From a bacterium (GTDB taxonomy: Bacteria > Electryoneota > JAOADG01), in assembly GCA_963681965.1 (NCBI GenBank), contig OY820579.1, positions 1,952,001 through 2,016,000 of the forward strand: a stretch of 64,000 nucleotides of DNA, written 5' to 3'. A program made the position numbers and the translations under genes. Position 1 is the first letter of the stretch; each line of letters starts with the position of its first letter. Positions 20,736-29,659 of the stretch are shown here, piece after piece. The notes below the pieces were generated by a model, which was not told the DNA's origin, ran no database searches, and saw nothing but the letters and a program-made list of their open reading frames with translations.

Positions 20736-21425
20736 GTGACTGAACTGACTTTATGGGATCATCTTGCATTGTGGGTCGGAGCCGCACTCACGTTGATGAT
20801 CTTCAGCTTTTTATACAAAGACAATCCGTTCTACAAATTTGCCGAGCACCTGTTTGTCGGTGTGAGTGCCGGATATGTCATGGTTACCGGTTTCTGGTCT
20901 ACCATGATCCCGAACGGAATCGGAAAAGTTTGGCCCGAGGCAGTGGTGTCGTTTGTTCCGCAAGCAGCTAATGCCGTACCGAATCTCTACTTTTTGATTC
21001 CAATTATTCTCGGGTTGATGATGTTGACCCGATTGTTCGGTGAGGTCGGATGGATCAGTCGCTGGCCGATGGCGCTCATTATCGGATTCTCGGCTGGTAC
21101 GAATCTGACCCGCTATCTTCAATCCGACTTCATGCAACAGGTTCACTCGTCGTCCTTGCCGTTTATTGCGATGGGGAGTGGTGGATTTTCGATTGGCGAT
21201 TCGTTCTCGAACACGATTCTAGTACTTGGTATTCTTGCAGCATTGATCTATTTCTTTTTCTCAGTCGAGCACAAAGGGGTCTTTTCTGGCGTCTCTCGTG
21301 GCGGTATCTGGGTACTGATGGTGACATTCGGAGCCGGTTTCGGATATACCGTCATGGCGCGTATTTCGCTCCTGATCGGGCGCTTTGAATTCCTCAAGCA
21401 GTGGCTCCAGTCATTCTTGAGTTAA
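20736..21425 (+). CDS. Polytopic membrane protein of unknown function (operon gene 4)
   Basis: Likely GTG start at 20736 after AGGAG (ORF track starts at 20700); SFLYKDNPFYKFAEHLFVG and FGAGFGYTVMARISLL motifs. Confidence 0.8.
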   Translation: MTELTLWDHLALWVGAALTLMIFSFLYKDNPFYKFAEHLFVGVSAGYVMVTGFWSTMIPNGIGKVWPEAVVSFVPQAANAVPNLYFLIPIILGLMMLTRLFGEVGWISRWPMALIIGFSAGTNLTRYLQSDFMQQVHSSSLPFIAMGSGGFSIGDSFSNTILVLGILAALIYFFFSVEHKGVFSGVSRGGIWVLMVTFGAGFGYTVMARISLLIGRFEFLKQWLQSFLS

Positions 21426-21445
21426 ACTGAATTACAAGTTGAATG

Positions 21446-21476
21446 AAAAACGGGGCATCGTCGCCCCGTTTTTTTT
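21446..21476. terminator. Bidirectional intrinsic terminator
   Basis: AAAAACGGGGC-atcgtc-GCCCCGTTTTTTTT between convergent genes. Confidence 0.9.
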
Positions 21477-21537
21477 ACTGGTAATCGTTAAGTAGAAAAT
21501 TCTGATATCGTATCGCTTAAGATCGACGTGATTCTCG

Positions 21538-22158
21538 TCATCGAGCAAAAATATTGTTGCGATTCTTTTCCTGCCAATACAAGATTGATTCATACTGCTT
21601 TTGCACATTCGTGTCGTTGGGCGCTATTTCTTTTGCACGACGCGCCATTTCCACGGCACTGGTATAATCGAAACAGAGTCCATAGCAACGGGACATCTCG
21701 AGAATGAGGGGAATATTCTTAGGGTATCGATCGTAAGCTTTCAACAATATGATAACCGCAATTTTATTGTCTTTTTCATCCCAATCGCCGCGAGCCGTGT
21801 GCGCACGTGCTAAATTCAAGTAGGCATTCAGGCAGGTCGAATCGGTTTGGATCGCTTGTTCGAGAATATCGAATGCATCGTCGAATTTCCGGAAGATCAT
21901 ATACACTTTTCCGATTGCTGCCATCGCCTCGGCATTCTTCGGTTCTTTTGCCAATACTCCCTGATAAAGTTGAAGCGCATTCTGATATTCGAATTTACTG
22001 ATCAACTCATCGCCCTGCTTCATCCATTTATTTTGGGAAGTACCGGTCTGATTGCAGGAGAGTATCATAAAGAGCAGAATAGTCAGCAAGAATCCCAACA
22101 AAACAGTAAATGGCCGCGTCTGAAGAGTGCTGCTGATTTCATAATTACGTTTTATCAT
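21538..22158 (-). CDS. Tetratricopeptide-repeat lipoprotein
   Basis: Lipobox ILSC; TPR-like helices (ALQLYQGVLAKEPKNAEA; AYLNLARA). Confidence 0.8.
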   Translation of the reverse strand: MIKRNYEISSTLQTRPFTVLLGFLLTILLFMILSCNQTGTSQNKWMKQGDELISKFEYQNALQLYQGVLAKEPKNAEAMAAIGKVYMIFRKFDDAFDILEQAIQTDSTCLNAYLNLARAHTARGDWDEKDNKIAVIILLKAYDRYPKNIPLILEMSRCYGLCFDYTSAVEMARRAKEIAPNDTNVQKQYESILYWQEKNRNNIFAR

Positions 22159-22285
22159 AAATCATCCCTGATATTTTTCGATTAATAATTATGAAAGAGG
22201 ATAAATCTGATTGTCGAATCATAATTATTTCGTATTAGAAACGCAAGTGCGATAATCCGATTTTGATTTTAACAATTCAAACACG

Positions 22286-22317
22286 AAAAAACGCTCGATT
22301 CAAGCTCGAGCGTTCTT
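22286..22317 (-). terminator. Intrinsic terminator after fbp
   Basis: AACGCTCGA-ttcaagc-TCGAGCGTT with an A-run on +. Confidence 0.75.
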
Positions 22318-22341
22318 AGAAGATAAATTTCAATTAAGGAT

Positions 22342-23364
22342 TTATTTCCGATCATATTTCCGGATGAAATCGCGGTACTCGATCACATCTTCGCGACTAC
22401 CGACAATTAGCGGGACTCGCTGATGAAGCGATGTGGGAACGAGATCGAGAATTCCCGATCCAAAACCGTCGCAACTCAGACCGCCCGCTTGTTCGATCAG
22501 CCAGGCAATCGGTGCCGCTTCGTAAAGCAATCGGAGTTTACCGAACGGTTTCTTCGGATCCTTGCGATCGGCAGGATAGAGAAATATTCCGCCATACAGT
22601 AATGTCCGATGAATATCCGCGACCAGACTGCCAACATAACGGGAACTGTAAGGATGCTTCAAATCGGGATTGTCGGATTTGATGAAATCAATATATTTCT
22701 GTGTACCTTCCGTCCAGTAAGTATAGTTACCTTCGTTGCACGAGTAGATCTTGCCACGTTCCGGAATCTTCATATACGGGTGCGACAACAAAAATTCTCC
22801 GACTGCGGGATCCAATGTGAATCCGTGAACACCGTGCCCGGTCGTGTATACCAGCATCGTCGATGAACCATAGACAACATAACCGGCAGCGACTTGCTTG
22901 TTGCCGGGTTGCATACAATCGGCTTCGGTGCCGCGCTCGCCAGCCGAAATCTTGCGGTGAACCGAGAAGATCGTACCGACGGAAATATTCGCATCGATGT
23001 TGGAACTGCCGTCGAGTGGATCGAAATTGATGATGTAATTGCCGATTTTGTGTTGATCGGGAATCGGAATGATCTCTTCACTCTCTTCCGATGCCATCGC
23101 TGCAAGATGTCCACCGTGATCCAGCATTTTGATAAATGCTTCGTGAGCAATGACATCAAGCTTTTGCTGCCGTTCACCGTGAACATTCTCATACTCGGCA
23201 TGACCAATGATGTCTAGCAATCCTGCTTTATTCACCTGATACGAAACCACTTTTGCCGCGAGTGCGAGATCCTCGAGCAGATCGCTGAATTCTCCTGTCG
23301 CTTGAGGAAATTTACGCCCTTCTTCGGTAATGAAGCGGCTGATGGTCATCAATTTTCCGTGCAT
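22342..23364 (-). CDS. fbp: Class 1 fructose-1,6-bisphosphatase
   Basis: SEE, FDPLDGSSN, RYVGSLVAD, GKLRLLYE motifs. Confidence 0.95.
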   Translation of the reverse strand: MHGKLMTISRFITEEGRKFPQATGEFSDLLEDLALAAKVVSYQVNKAGLLDIIGHAEYENVHGERQQKLDVIAHEAFIKMLDHGGHLAAMASEESEEIIPIPDQHKIGNYIINFDPLDGSSNIDANISVGTIFSVHRKISAGERGTEADCMQPGNKQVAAGYVVYGSSTMLVYTTGHGVHGFTLDPAVGEFLLSHPYMKIPERGKIYSCNEGNYTYWTEGTQKYIDFIKSDNPDLKHPYSSRYVGSLVADIHRTLLYGGIFLYPADRKDPKKPFGKLRLLYEAAPIAWLIEQAGGLSCDGFGSGILDLVPTSLHQRVPLIVGSREDVIEYRDFIRKYDRK

Positions 23365-23411
23365 CGGATCCTCTTTCGGATAGATTGTCTTGAATGAAGT
23401 TTGTTCTCTAC

Positions 23412-23437
23412 AAAACAGGCGGACAAAAAGTCCGCCC
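23412..23437 (-). terminator. Probable terminator after the HAD gene
   Basis: GGCGGAC-aaaaa-GTCCGCC; U-rich tail on the minus strand. Confidence 0.55.
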
Positions 23438-23465
23438 TATTTATTAGGTTATCGTCCGACAAGTA

Positions 23466-24131
23466 CTACGAAGAAATCGCCTTCGCGAATAGTTCCTGAA
23501 CCGACCCGATTGCGGGCAGGTGAATATCGGCACCCGGTAAATCTTCGATTGCAAGCGTTGAGGTTACTGCCACGGTAAATGCACCCGCGGCTTTCGCGGC
23601 ACGAATCCCGAATGGTGCGTTCTCCACGACCCAGCATTTGTCAGCCGGAAGTTGTAAATCATCCATCGCTTTCAGATAGGGTGCTGGATCGGGCTTTCCC
23701 GGTAAATGTGCATCGCCGGTAACAATAGTATCAAACAGGGCTAAATCGTTTTTGGTTAAAGAATTTTGGACATTCACCAAAGCCGAACCGGTAACTAATG
23801 CGATCTTGATCGAGTGTGCCCGAAGAAATTCCAGTAACTGATGCGCGTCGGGAATTATTTTCGGAGGATTGTTCTGTTTGAAAATCGCCCGCTTGCGCGT
23901 CAATAAATCCTGCAACTGATCTTCCGGAATCTCCAGATTGGCGCGCTCACGTAAGAACCGCCGCATCGAATCGTCGGCACGTTCCCCTTCGCCCAATGCG
24001 ATATCGCGTAACGATACTTCTACGTTGAATTCGGACAGAATGATTTGCCAAGAATGAAAATGATGCTTGATCGAATCAATCAGAACGCCATCAAGATCGA
24101 ATAGGATTGCCTCCGGTACGAAATACTTCAC
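23466..24131 (-). CDS. HAD-superfamily phosphatase (beta-phosphoglucomutase-like)
   Basis: FDLDGVLIDS, KPDPAPY, VVENAPFG. Confidence 0.9.
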   Translation of the reverse strand: MKYFVPEAILFDLDGVLIDSIKHHFHSWQIILSEFNVEVSLRDIALGEGERADDSMRRFLRERANLEIPEDQLQDLLTRKRAIFKQNNPPKIIPDAHQLLEFLRAHSIKIALVTGSALVNVQNSLTKNDLALFDTIVTGDAHLPGKPDPAPYLKAMDDLQLPADKCWVVENAPFGIRAAKAAGAFTVAVTSTLAIEDLPGADIHLPAIGSVQELFAKAISS

Positions 24132-25087
24132 TACTTCTCCGTTTTCCGTTTACGTTTCAGTGCAGCGAAGTAATACGCCAGATTAGCCTTCTCCGAAATG
24201 ACCGGCTTGATCTTACCCGAAAGTGATGTTGCCAGCGTCGACACACCCGGACCGTGACCGGCGACAACGCTATTGGAATGAATCACGACACCGATTGTAA
24301 TTGATCCAGAATGCCAAATGCGACCATAGCTGTTGTCTACATCGGTCAGCGCGACGATATCGCCAAACCGCATCGAACCAAGATTGAATTCCTTTACGAC
24401 TTTATCATCGAACATCTGGATATCGTAATCGCCTTTATAGACGTTGTTATTGCCGAGTCCGCTACCCATGATCTTGCCGGGAACGAGATGCGTCACGGGA
24501 ACTATTAAATTGCCCGATTTATCGACTTTCCAATCCATCACACCGAGCAATTGCGGGTCAAGATTGAACATCTTCACTTCCGGCGCATCGAGTAATTCAA
24601 GACCCATTCCAAATGCATTCACTTGAAGCTTATCGCCGATGGTCAGTTTCTCCAGTGTCTTGACCGGAAAGTCCACCAATACGTGTTCGACGCCGCCATG
24701 ATGACCGGTAACCCGACCAATCTCGCCTTTCGCTTCACCACTTGCTACCCGCACGGGATTGCCGATGCAGGCAAGAAAATTCAGTCCGTTGTTGCCTGTC
24801 CCGGTGGTGTTCACATCCGGATATTGGATCGTCACGCCGGGTTCGATATGATCGCCGATCAAATCGATGCAATTGTCGCCGATTCGCTTGTTGTACACAA
24901 TACCACCGGTACCCGGCAGTGCGATCGCCATTCCGGTTTTCGCTTGAACACGGTAGGGAATGACACTGAATTTTGGTTGCGATACTTCTCCCAGAACCGA
25001 GATCGCGACCAATTTGTCGGCGTTGGTTCGCAATCCACCCAGCACAACACCTGTCGCTTTGGTGGCGGATTTACTGGCTTTCGGCAT
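24131..25087 (-). CDS. DUF4438-family protein
   Basis: LPGTGGI, GDHIEPGV, ACIGN, HGGVEHV, GDYDI, GHGPG motifs recalled for this family. Confidence 0.75.
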   Translation of the reverse strand: MPKASKSATKATGVVLGGLRTNADKLVAISVLGEVSQPKFSVIPYRVQAKTGMAIALPGTGGIVYNKRIGDNCIDLIGDHIEPGVTIQYPDVNTTGTGNNGLNFLACIGNPVRVASGEAKGEIGRVTGHHGGVEHVLVDFPVKTLEKLTIGDKLQVNAFGMGLELLDAPEVKMFNLDPQLLGVMDWKVDKSGNLIVPVTHLVPGKIMGSGLGNNNVYKGDYDIQMFDDKVVKEFNLGSMRFGDIVALTDVDNSYGRIWHSGSITIGVVIHSNSVVAGHGPGVSTLATSLSGKIKPVISEKANLAYYFAALKRKRKTEK

Positions 25088-25122
25088 TGAATTCTCCTTA
25101 AAACAAATGTCTTGATATGTGA

Positions 25123-26067
25123 TTAGTACCGAACAACGGCACCGATCATCAAATTCCGGTTTGTAAGTATCGTGCGATCAAAGTAAAACCAATTTTCGGG
25201 GTAATGATACAAATCATATCCCAGTAATTGGGTATTATCGTAATTAACCAGAATCGATTGTGAAAAATCAGGTCCTTCATTTTGCTTCAGCGAGATATAA
25301 TAAGGGTGATTTCGGAGTAAGTAGTGCGGATTGTCAAAATACGCTGTATCCAAACCCTTGCTTAATCTGTAGTTTCCGGCAAGTATTTCGACTGAGTCCA
25401 TCAATTCCCCGGGACCAGTTCCGTTATCGGCGTACAAGCAGACAAGGAGATTGATTGGATGAGCACTATTATTCGTCGATACGGCAAATCGGACAAATAA
25501 TAAACTGCAATTTTGAGTCGGAGTTAATTTCACTGCGTATTCTAAAGTTGTATCCGACTGATCCGGTAATGGCCACCCTTCGGCAATATTCGGTACCGAT
25601 TCACCGGAGAAATGTTGAAGGGTATGGATACCGATCAACCCCGGCATCGAATCAACCACATATACAAAGAGCGTTGGTGACCATCCGACATTCATCGCGC
25701 GGTCGAAAGCGCGAGCTTGCAATGTATACATTCCTCGCGTTAAAGTCGTGAGAGTTGTATTCCATGCGACTCGGTAATAGGGTGGTGCGGGAGGTAGAAC
25801 TTTGAAACCCGGTACTGAATCGCGACCATTAACAAAGAACTCAACACTATCCACAACCGAATTGTCATATGCATTAAGCTCTAAAGTGTCTTGATCGCGA
25901 ATTGTATCGCCACCCGCCGGATAGCGCCAATTCAGAATGGGTGGCTGCGTGTCTTGAACGTTCGCATCGCGCCCCGCGGGACCCGAAGGACCTTCGCATC
26001 CAATCCAGATCAACGCGAGCAATATGACGATTGCAACTTCGACCAAATATGATTTTTTAAATTGCAT
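25123..26067 (-). CDS. Lipoprotein with an Ig-like domain
   Basis: Lipobox WIGC then a short GPSGPAGRD collagen-like stretch; VEFFVNG..WNTT..YTLQARAFD Ig-like motif. Confidence 0.75.
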   Translation of the reverse strand: MQFKKSYLVEVAIVILLALIWIGCEGPSGPAGRDANVQDTQPPILNWRYPAGGDTIRDQDTLELNAYDNSVVDSVEFFVNGRDSVPGFKVLPPAPPYYRVAWNTTLTTLTRGMYTLQARAFDRAMNVGWSPTLFVYVVDSMPGLIGIHTLQHFSGESVPNIAEGWPLPDQSDTTLEYAVKLTPTQNCSLLFVRFAVSTNNSAHPINLLVCLYADNGTGPGELMDSVEILAGNYRLSKGLDTAYFDNPHYLLRNHPYYISLKQNEGPDFSQSILVNYDNTQLLGYDLYHYPENWFYFDRTILTNRNLMIGAVVRY

Positions 26068-26752
26068 TGCGGATTCCCATCACAGTTTCTTCTACCCCGA
26101 ATAACATCGCTTTTGCCCAGAAGTCGTCGCCAATGACCAATCCTTCCAGTTCCGGAATCGCCCGGAGTACTGATAATGTTTCAGTATGTAATGCCGTGTC
26201 GCACCAAATTGTAAGACCAAGCTTCCACGCTGCTAATGCCGCATCCCGCCAGCTCCCCTGTATGGTTCTCCGGTCGGGTCCATGCAGCGAGCGCCAGTCG
26301 CGAGTATCCATTTCGACACCGAAACAGCGAATCTTGGCAGCACGCTTCAACTCGGATAAATCGGGACGAATTTTCACGATACATTCGCTTCCTTGCTCCC
26401 GAATCATCTTGACAATTTCCGGTAGATCGTATTTTTCGTCGTTGAGCGAGATCGGTTGAATCGGATCGTTTGCAGAGATATCGCACAAGGTGACCCGCTC
26501 GGGATGCAATTCGAGAAATCGTTGAACTGTCTCCCGTACGGGAAGAACCCTGATGCCTAGTGGCAAGTCTACCGTTTCACGCATCCGTTGTAACTCACGC
26601 AACAAGTCGTTCGATGGTTCCGTGAGTGCGTCCACTTCCAGCGATGCCACGCCGGCGCGATTAAGCGTGAATGCGACAGCAGTTAAGTCGGGTTCCGGTT
26701 GTCGCGCTGTTCGGAACCGTAAGACCGGGGATATTCTGACCGATAGTTTCAA
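26057..26752 (-). CDS. PdxJ-like TIM-barrel protein with a degenerate active site
   Basis: Colinear with PNP synthase (EPD, HPERVTL, VEMDT, IPELEGLVIG..AMLFG), but catalytic His/Glu/Arg motifs are replaced. Confidence 0.65.
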   Translation of the reverse strand: MKLSVRISPVLRFRTARQPEPDLTAVAFTLNRAGVASLEVDALTEPSNDLLRELQRMRETVDLPLGIRVLPVRETVQRFLELHPERVTLCDISANDPIQPISLNDEKYDLPEIVKMIREQGSECIVKIRPDLSELKRAAKIRCFGVEMDTRDWRSLHGPDRRTIQGSWRDAALAAWKLGLTIWCDTALHTETLSVLRAIPELEGLVIGDDFWAKAMLFGVEETVMGIRNAI

Positions 26753-26867
26753 GAGACTCTCTTACAATTTGAAAGTGATCCGTGATTGATTGCTAAGGGT
26801 GAATTATTGTTCAAATTTGCGAATATTATTGGATCGATGCAATATTCGGCTCGCGACGACCAAAACC

Positions 26868-27371
26868 CTAAAAATCATCATGCCACGAGGTAAACCGGAA
26901 CTTCCCGTCAGATTCCTTGCGGGTTTCGAATCGGGCAATGCCATATACCGGCAATTGACCTCCAAGTTCAAGGTTAAACGACACTTGGAAAGATACAACG
27001 GTGTCGGCACCTTTAAAGTTCAGCAGTTCCTGCGGAAGACTGCCGAGCGTCAACCGGATGTCTTCGTAGCTACGTAACAGCGCACCTGTCGTTTGTAAGT
27101 CGGTGATCCGGTACCACTGTTCGAACCGACCATTGTCGGGATCGTAGTAAACGAAAATAAAGCTTTCCGACAAACAATCGGAGTATCGTGTAGAATCGCG
27201 ATAGACGTAGCTATTCACAAAATTTGTCAGTAATCCACCAACGGAACTCTGATCGCTCCATAATCCGGTTTGTCCGTCACCTAGTTTCGGAGCAAACGGA
27301 TTGTGAGTACATCCTGCGATAAGCAGAATGCCGATTAAGGTGAAACAGATCGTTGCGAGTAATTGTCTCAT
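26868..27371 (-). CDS. Lipoprotein, possible NTF2-like fold
   Basis: Lipobox IAGC; YSDCLSESFIF; C-terminal SWHDDF. Confidence 0.7.
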   Translation of the reverse strand: MRQLLATICFTLIGILLIAGCTHNPFAPKLGDGQTGLWSDQSSVGGLLTNFVNSYVYRDSTRYSDCLSESFIFVYYDPDNGRFEQWYRITDLQTTGALLRSYEDIRLTLGSLPQELLNFKGADTVVSFQVSFNLELGGQLPVYGIARFETRKESDGKFRFTSWHDDF

Positions 27372-27399
27372 TACGAGATTTCGGTTCGATCAAACTGGA

Positions 27400-28017
27400 T
27401 TACAAACTCCCCTTCCATTCCGCGATCGTCGGTTCGCTTCCTTGCCGGTAATCGTGCCAAGTCTGAATCACATACCCGCCATCGGAACCACGGATTAGAT
27501 TTAATACGGCTCGACCCGACACTGCCCGGGGTATCGATAAGACTGTTCCGAGCTGGATTCGATAGAGAAATTCTACTTGAACGCCATCGGTGCCGGGTAA
27601 TTCCGAGCGAAGATTGAAATCGGTTTCGGCAACACTATCGATCGGTAAATTCGATCTGGACAACAGCGTTTTAGCGAATTGCTGTTCCCGGGAAATATCG
27701 AAGCTGTCCAACACGACGCCATATCGAATTCGCGATTCATCGTCGGGATAATATCGATAGCTGGTCGAATTATCGAATTCCAGCAAATACAGATTCGCGT
27801 TTCGTTGTGTAATGGCTTCGGAAAGTTGGGTCAACAAATCTGCCGGAGTTAGCGGTGGAATGCGACCCCCCGAATCCTGTAAGGGCGATTCGGCATTCTT
27901 GCTATCGAAAAACAGACATCCCGATCCGATCGCGACGATCAATATCAGACCGAGACCAAGTAATCCCATCTTAAAAATCTGGCTATTGATTCCGGACTTG
28001 TGGTCGCCAATTTTCAT
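27400..28017 (-). CDS. Lipoprotein, probable paralog of the downstream lipoprotein
   Basis: Lipobox GSGC; TPADLLTQLSEAI..NANLY; C-terminal TWHD; start uncertain (28017 or 27969). Confidence 0.65.
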   Translation of the reverse strand: MKIGDHKSGINSQIFKMGLLGLGLILIVAIGSGCLFFDSKNAESPLQDSGGRIPPLTPADLLTQLSEAITQRNANLYLLEFDNSTSYRYYPDDESRIRYGVVLDSFDISREQQFAKTLLSRSNLPIDSVAETDFNLRSELPGTDGVQVEFLYRIQLGTVLSIPRAVSGRAVLNLIRGSDGGYVIQTWHDYRQGSEPTIAEWKGSL

Positions 28018-28702
28018 CGACAGCACCCATGTGGACAGGTAATCCAAACCATCGAAACAACTCGACAAAAATTCGGTCGAGTACGCCGTTCAAGCCTTCG
28101 GGAAAATCATCCGAGGTGATGCTCATTCGGGCTTCAAATGGTGGTACAATACCGCGAACCTTCAAGGCTGAAACGCGAACTTCGGGTAATCGATACATCC
28201 CAGTGAAATGGAGTGTAAAACCGGTACAGTGTTCAAATTGGACTTTTACCGATGCGAATTCGTTGTAGTCTGCAAGACGATACAGTTCACGACCGGAATA
28301 CAGAAAATGCAGGAAGTGTTCAGCCACTTTCGGGGCATGCAACAAACCACCACGGTCGTCGCCGCGAATGTATGCTTGAGAATCGAGGATACCGGACATC
28401 ACATAGCGATAACTGGAGAAATCGAACGTTCGAGTCAAAATAGTTTCGCGACCAATGAATTCGCGTGCGATTTGTTCGATCATTGTCGCCGTCTGACGCG
28501 GTTCGCCCATCGTTCGGAACAATTCCGGTAAGCCCGAAGATCCACCAAAAGGGACGATCCCGTCCACCTTTCGGGATCGACGGAACAATTCAAACCATTT
28601 ATTCGAATTGTCTTCGATCGAACGACGAATACTCACTTCCGGTTGCATCGCAAACGTGAAACTCCCAAATCGACGAGATAGCGAAAATTGATGCTGCGGC
28701 AT
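27983..28702 (-). CDS. Hypothetical protein
   Basis: 239-aa ORF filling the gap in a co-directional operon; no motif recognised. Confidence 0.55.
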   Translation of the reverse strand: MPQHQFSLSRRFGSFTFAMQPEVSIRRSIEDNSNKWFELFRRSRKVDGIVPFGGSSGLPELFRTMGEPRQTATMIEQIAREFIGRETILTRTFDFSSYRYVMSGILDSQAYIRGDDRGGLLHAPKVAEHFLHFLYSGRELYRLADYNEFASVKVQFEHCTGFTLHFTGMYRLPEVRVSALKVRGIVPPFEARMSITSDDFPEGLNGVLDRIFVELFRWFGLPVHMGAVDENWRPQVRNQ

Positions 28703-28723
28703 AAGCGAGTATTACTTTGTCGA

Positions 28724-29602
28724 TTAATTGTCGAACTGTATTGATATTCTGGTCGTCGATCCCAGATCGTTTTTAAACGGAACGATTCCAAGATTGATTT
28801 TCAAATTGCGCCAGGTGGCTCCGACTCCGTAGGAAATACCCTGCGAATCGTATCCGAATTGATAACCACCACGTAACGAAAGAATGTGTAGTATTTGTGC
28901 TTCAAGCCCAATTCCGGCACGAATTTTTTCTTGCTGCATCCGAATTTCGCCAGCACCGACCAACACCGTTCCAGCTGGAAAATCGTGGCTATATTCTACT
29001 CCGCCGCGAATGATCGACGAACTTTTTCCGCTGGTTTCCGCCGCACCGATGTGTTGCAACGCTAGTCCACCGGTCAAATTGGGCAGCATATCGTACTGAA
29101 TACCGTACGATGTGCGCCATTCGGTTGCGACATCGTCCTCGATCCGGCTGTAGCGGTAATTGACTTCGATACCACCGCGAATCTTCTCTTTGAATGACCT
29201 TGCCAGTGCGATTCCTAAATCGGACTCCCGCACCCCAAAAGTTCCTTGCGGTGTAAATGTCGGTTGATCGCGTCGTTCCAAGTCTTCCGATGAGGCACTA
29301 CGTATCGTCGTGCCCAGTGCCCAGTCATGCCAACGCAACGATCCCGCAACATGAGTACCGCGGATATCGGCGATCCACTGATGAGATCCGAAGACCGCAC
29401 CACCGATTTTTCCGGTGGCAATTCCCGCAGGATTGCTCCAGATCGCAGCCGGTCCGATGCCGCTTGCCAATGTCGCCTCGCCTAGCGCGGCAGCACGTCC
29501 ATCGGGTTCGACATCAAGCATGGTTGTTGCATACGTGGTAGAGCCAATCGCCAGCGCGAAGAGCCACCAAAATATTTGTTTCAAAATTCCTCCTATCCGC
29601 AT
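28724..29602 (-). CDS. PorV/PorQ-family outer-membrane beta-barrel protein
   Basis: Signal peptide; RAAALGEA, WSNPAG, SHQWIAD, SLRGGY; amphipathic C-terminal strand ISIQF. Confidence 0.75.
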   Translation of the reverse strand: MRIGGILKQIFWWLFALAIGSTTYATTMLDVEPDGRAAALGEATLASGIGPAAIWSNPAGIATGKIGGAVFGSHQWIADIRGTHVAGSLRWHDWALGTTIRSASSEDLERRDQPTFTPQGTFGVRESDLGIALARSFKEKIRGGIEVNYRYSRIEDDVATEWRTSYGIQYDMLPNLTGGLALQHIGAAETSGKSSSIIRGGVEYSHDFPAGTVLVGAGEIRMQQEKIRAGIGLEAQILHILSLRGGYQFGYDSQGISYGVGATWRNLKINLGIVPFKNDLGSTTRISIQFDN

Positions 29603-29659
29603 TGCTTAAACGATGTCAACGCGCGATAGTACCTCCTTGGATTAATGGTTTTCGGTCGA

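Noticed and set aside
26057-26752. Calling this gene pdxJ
   Set aside because: The catalytic residues are missing, so the symbol was withheld.
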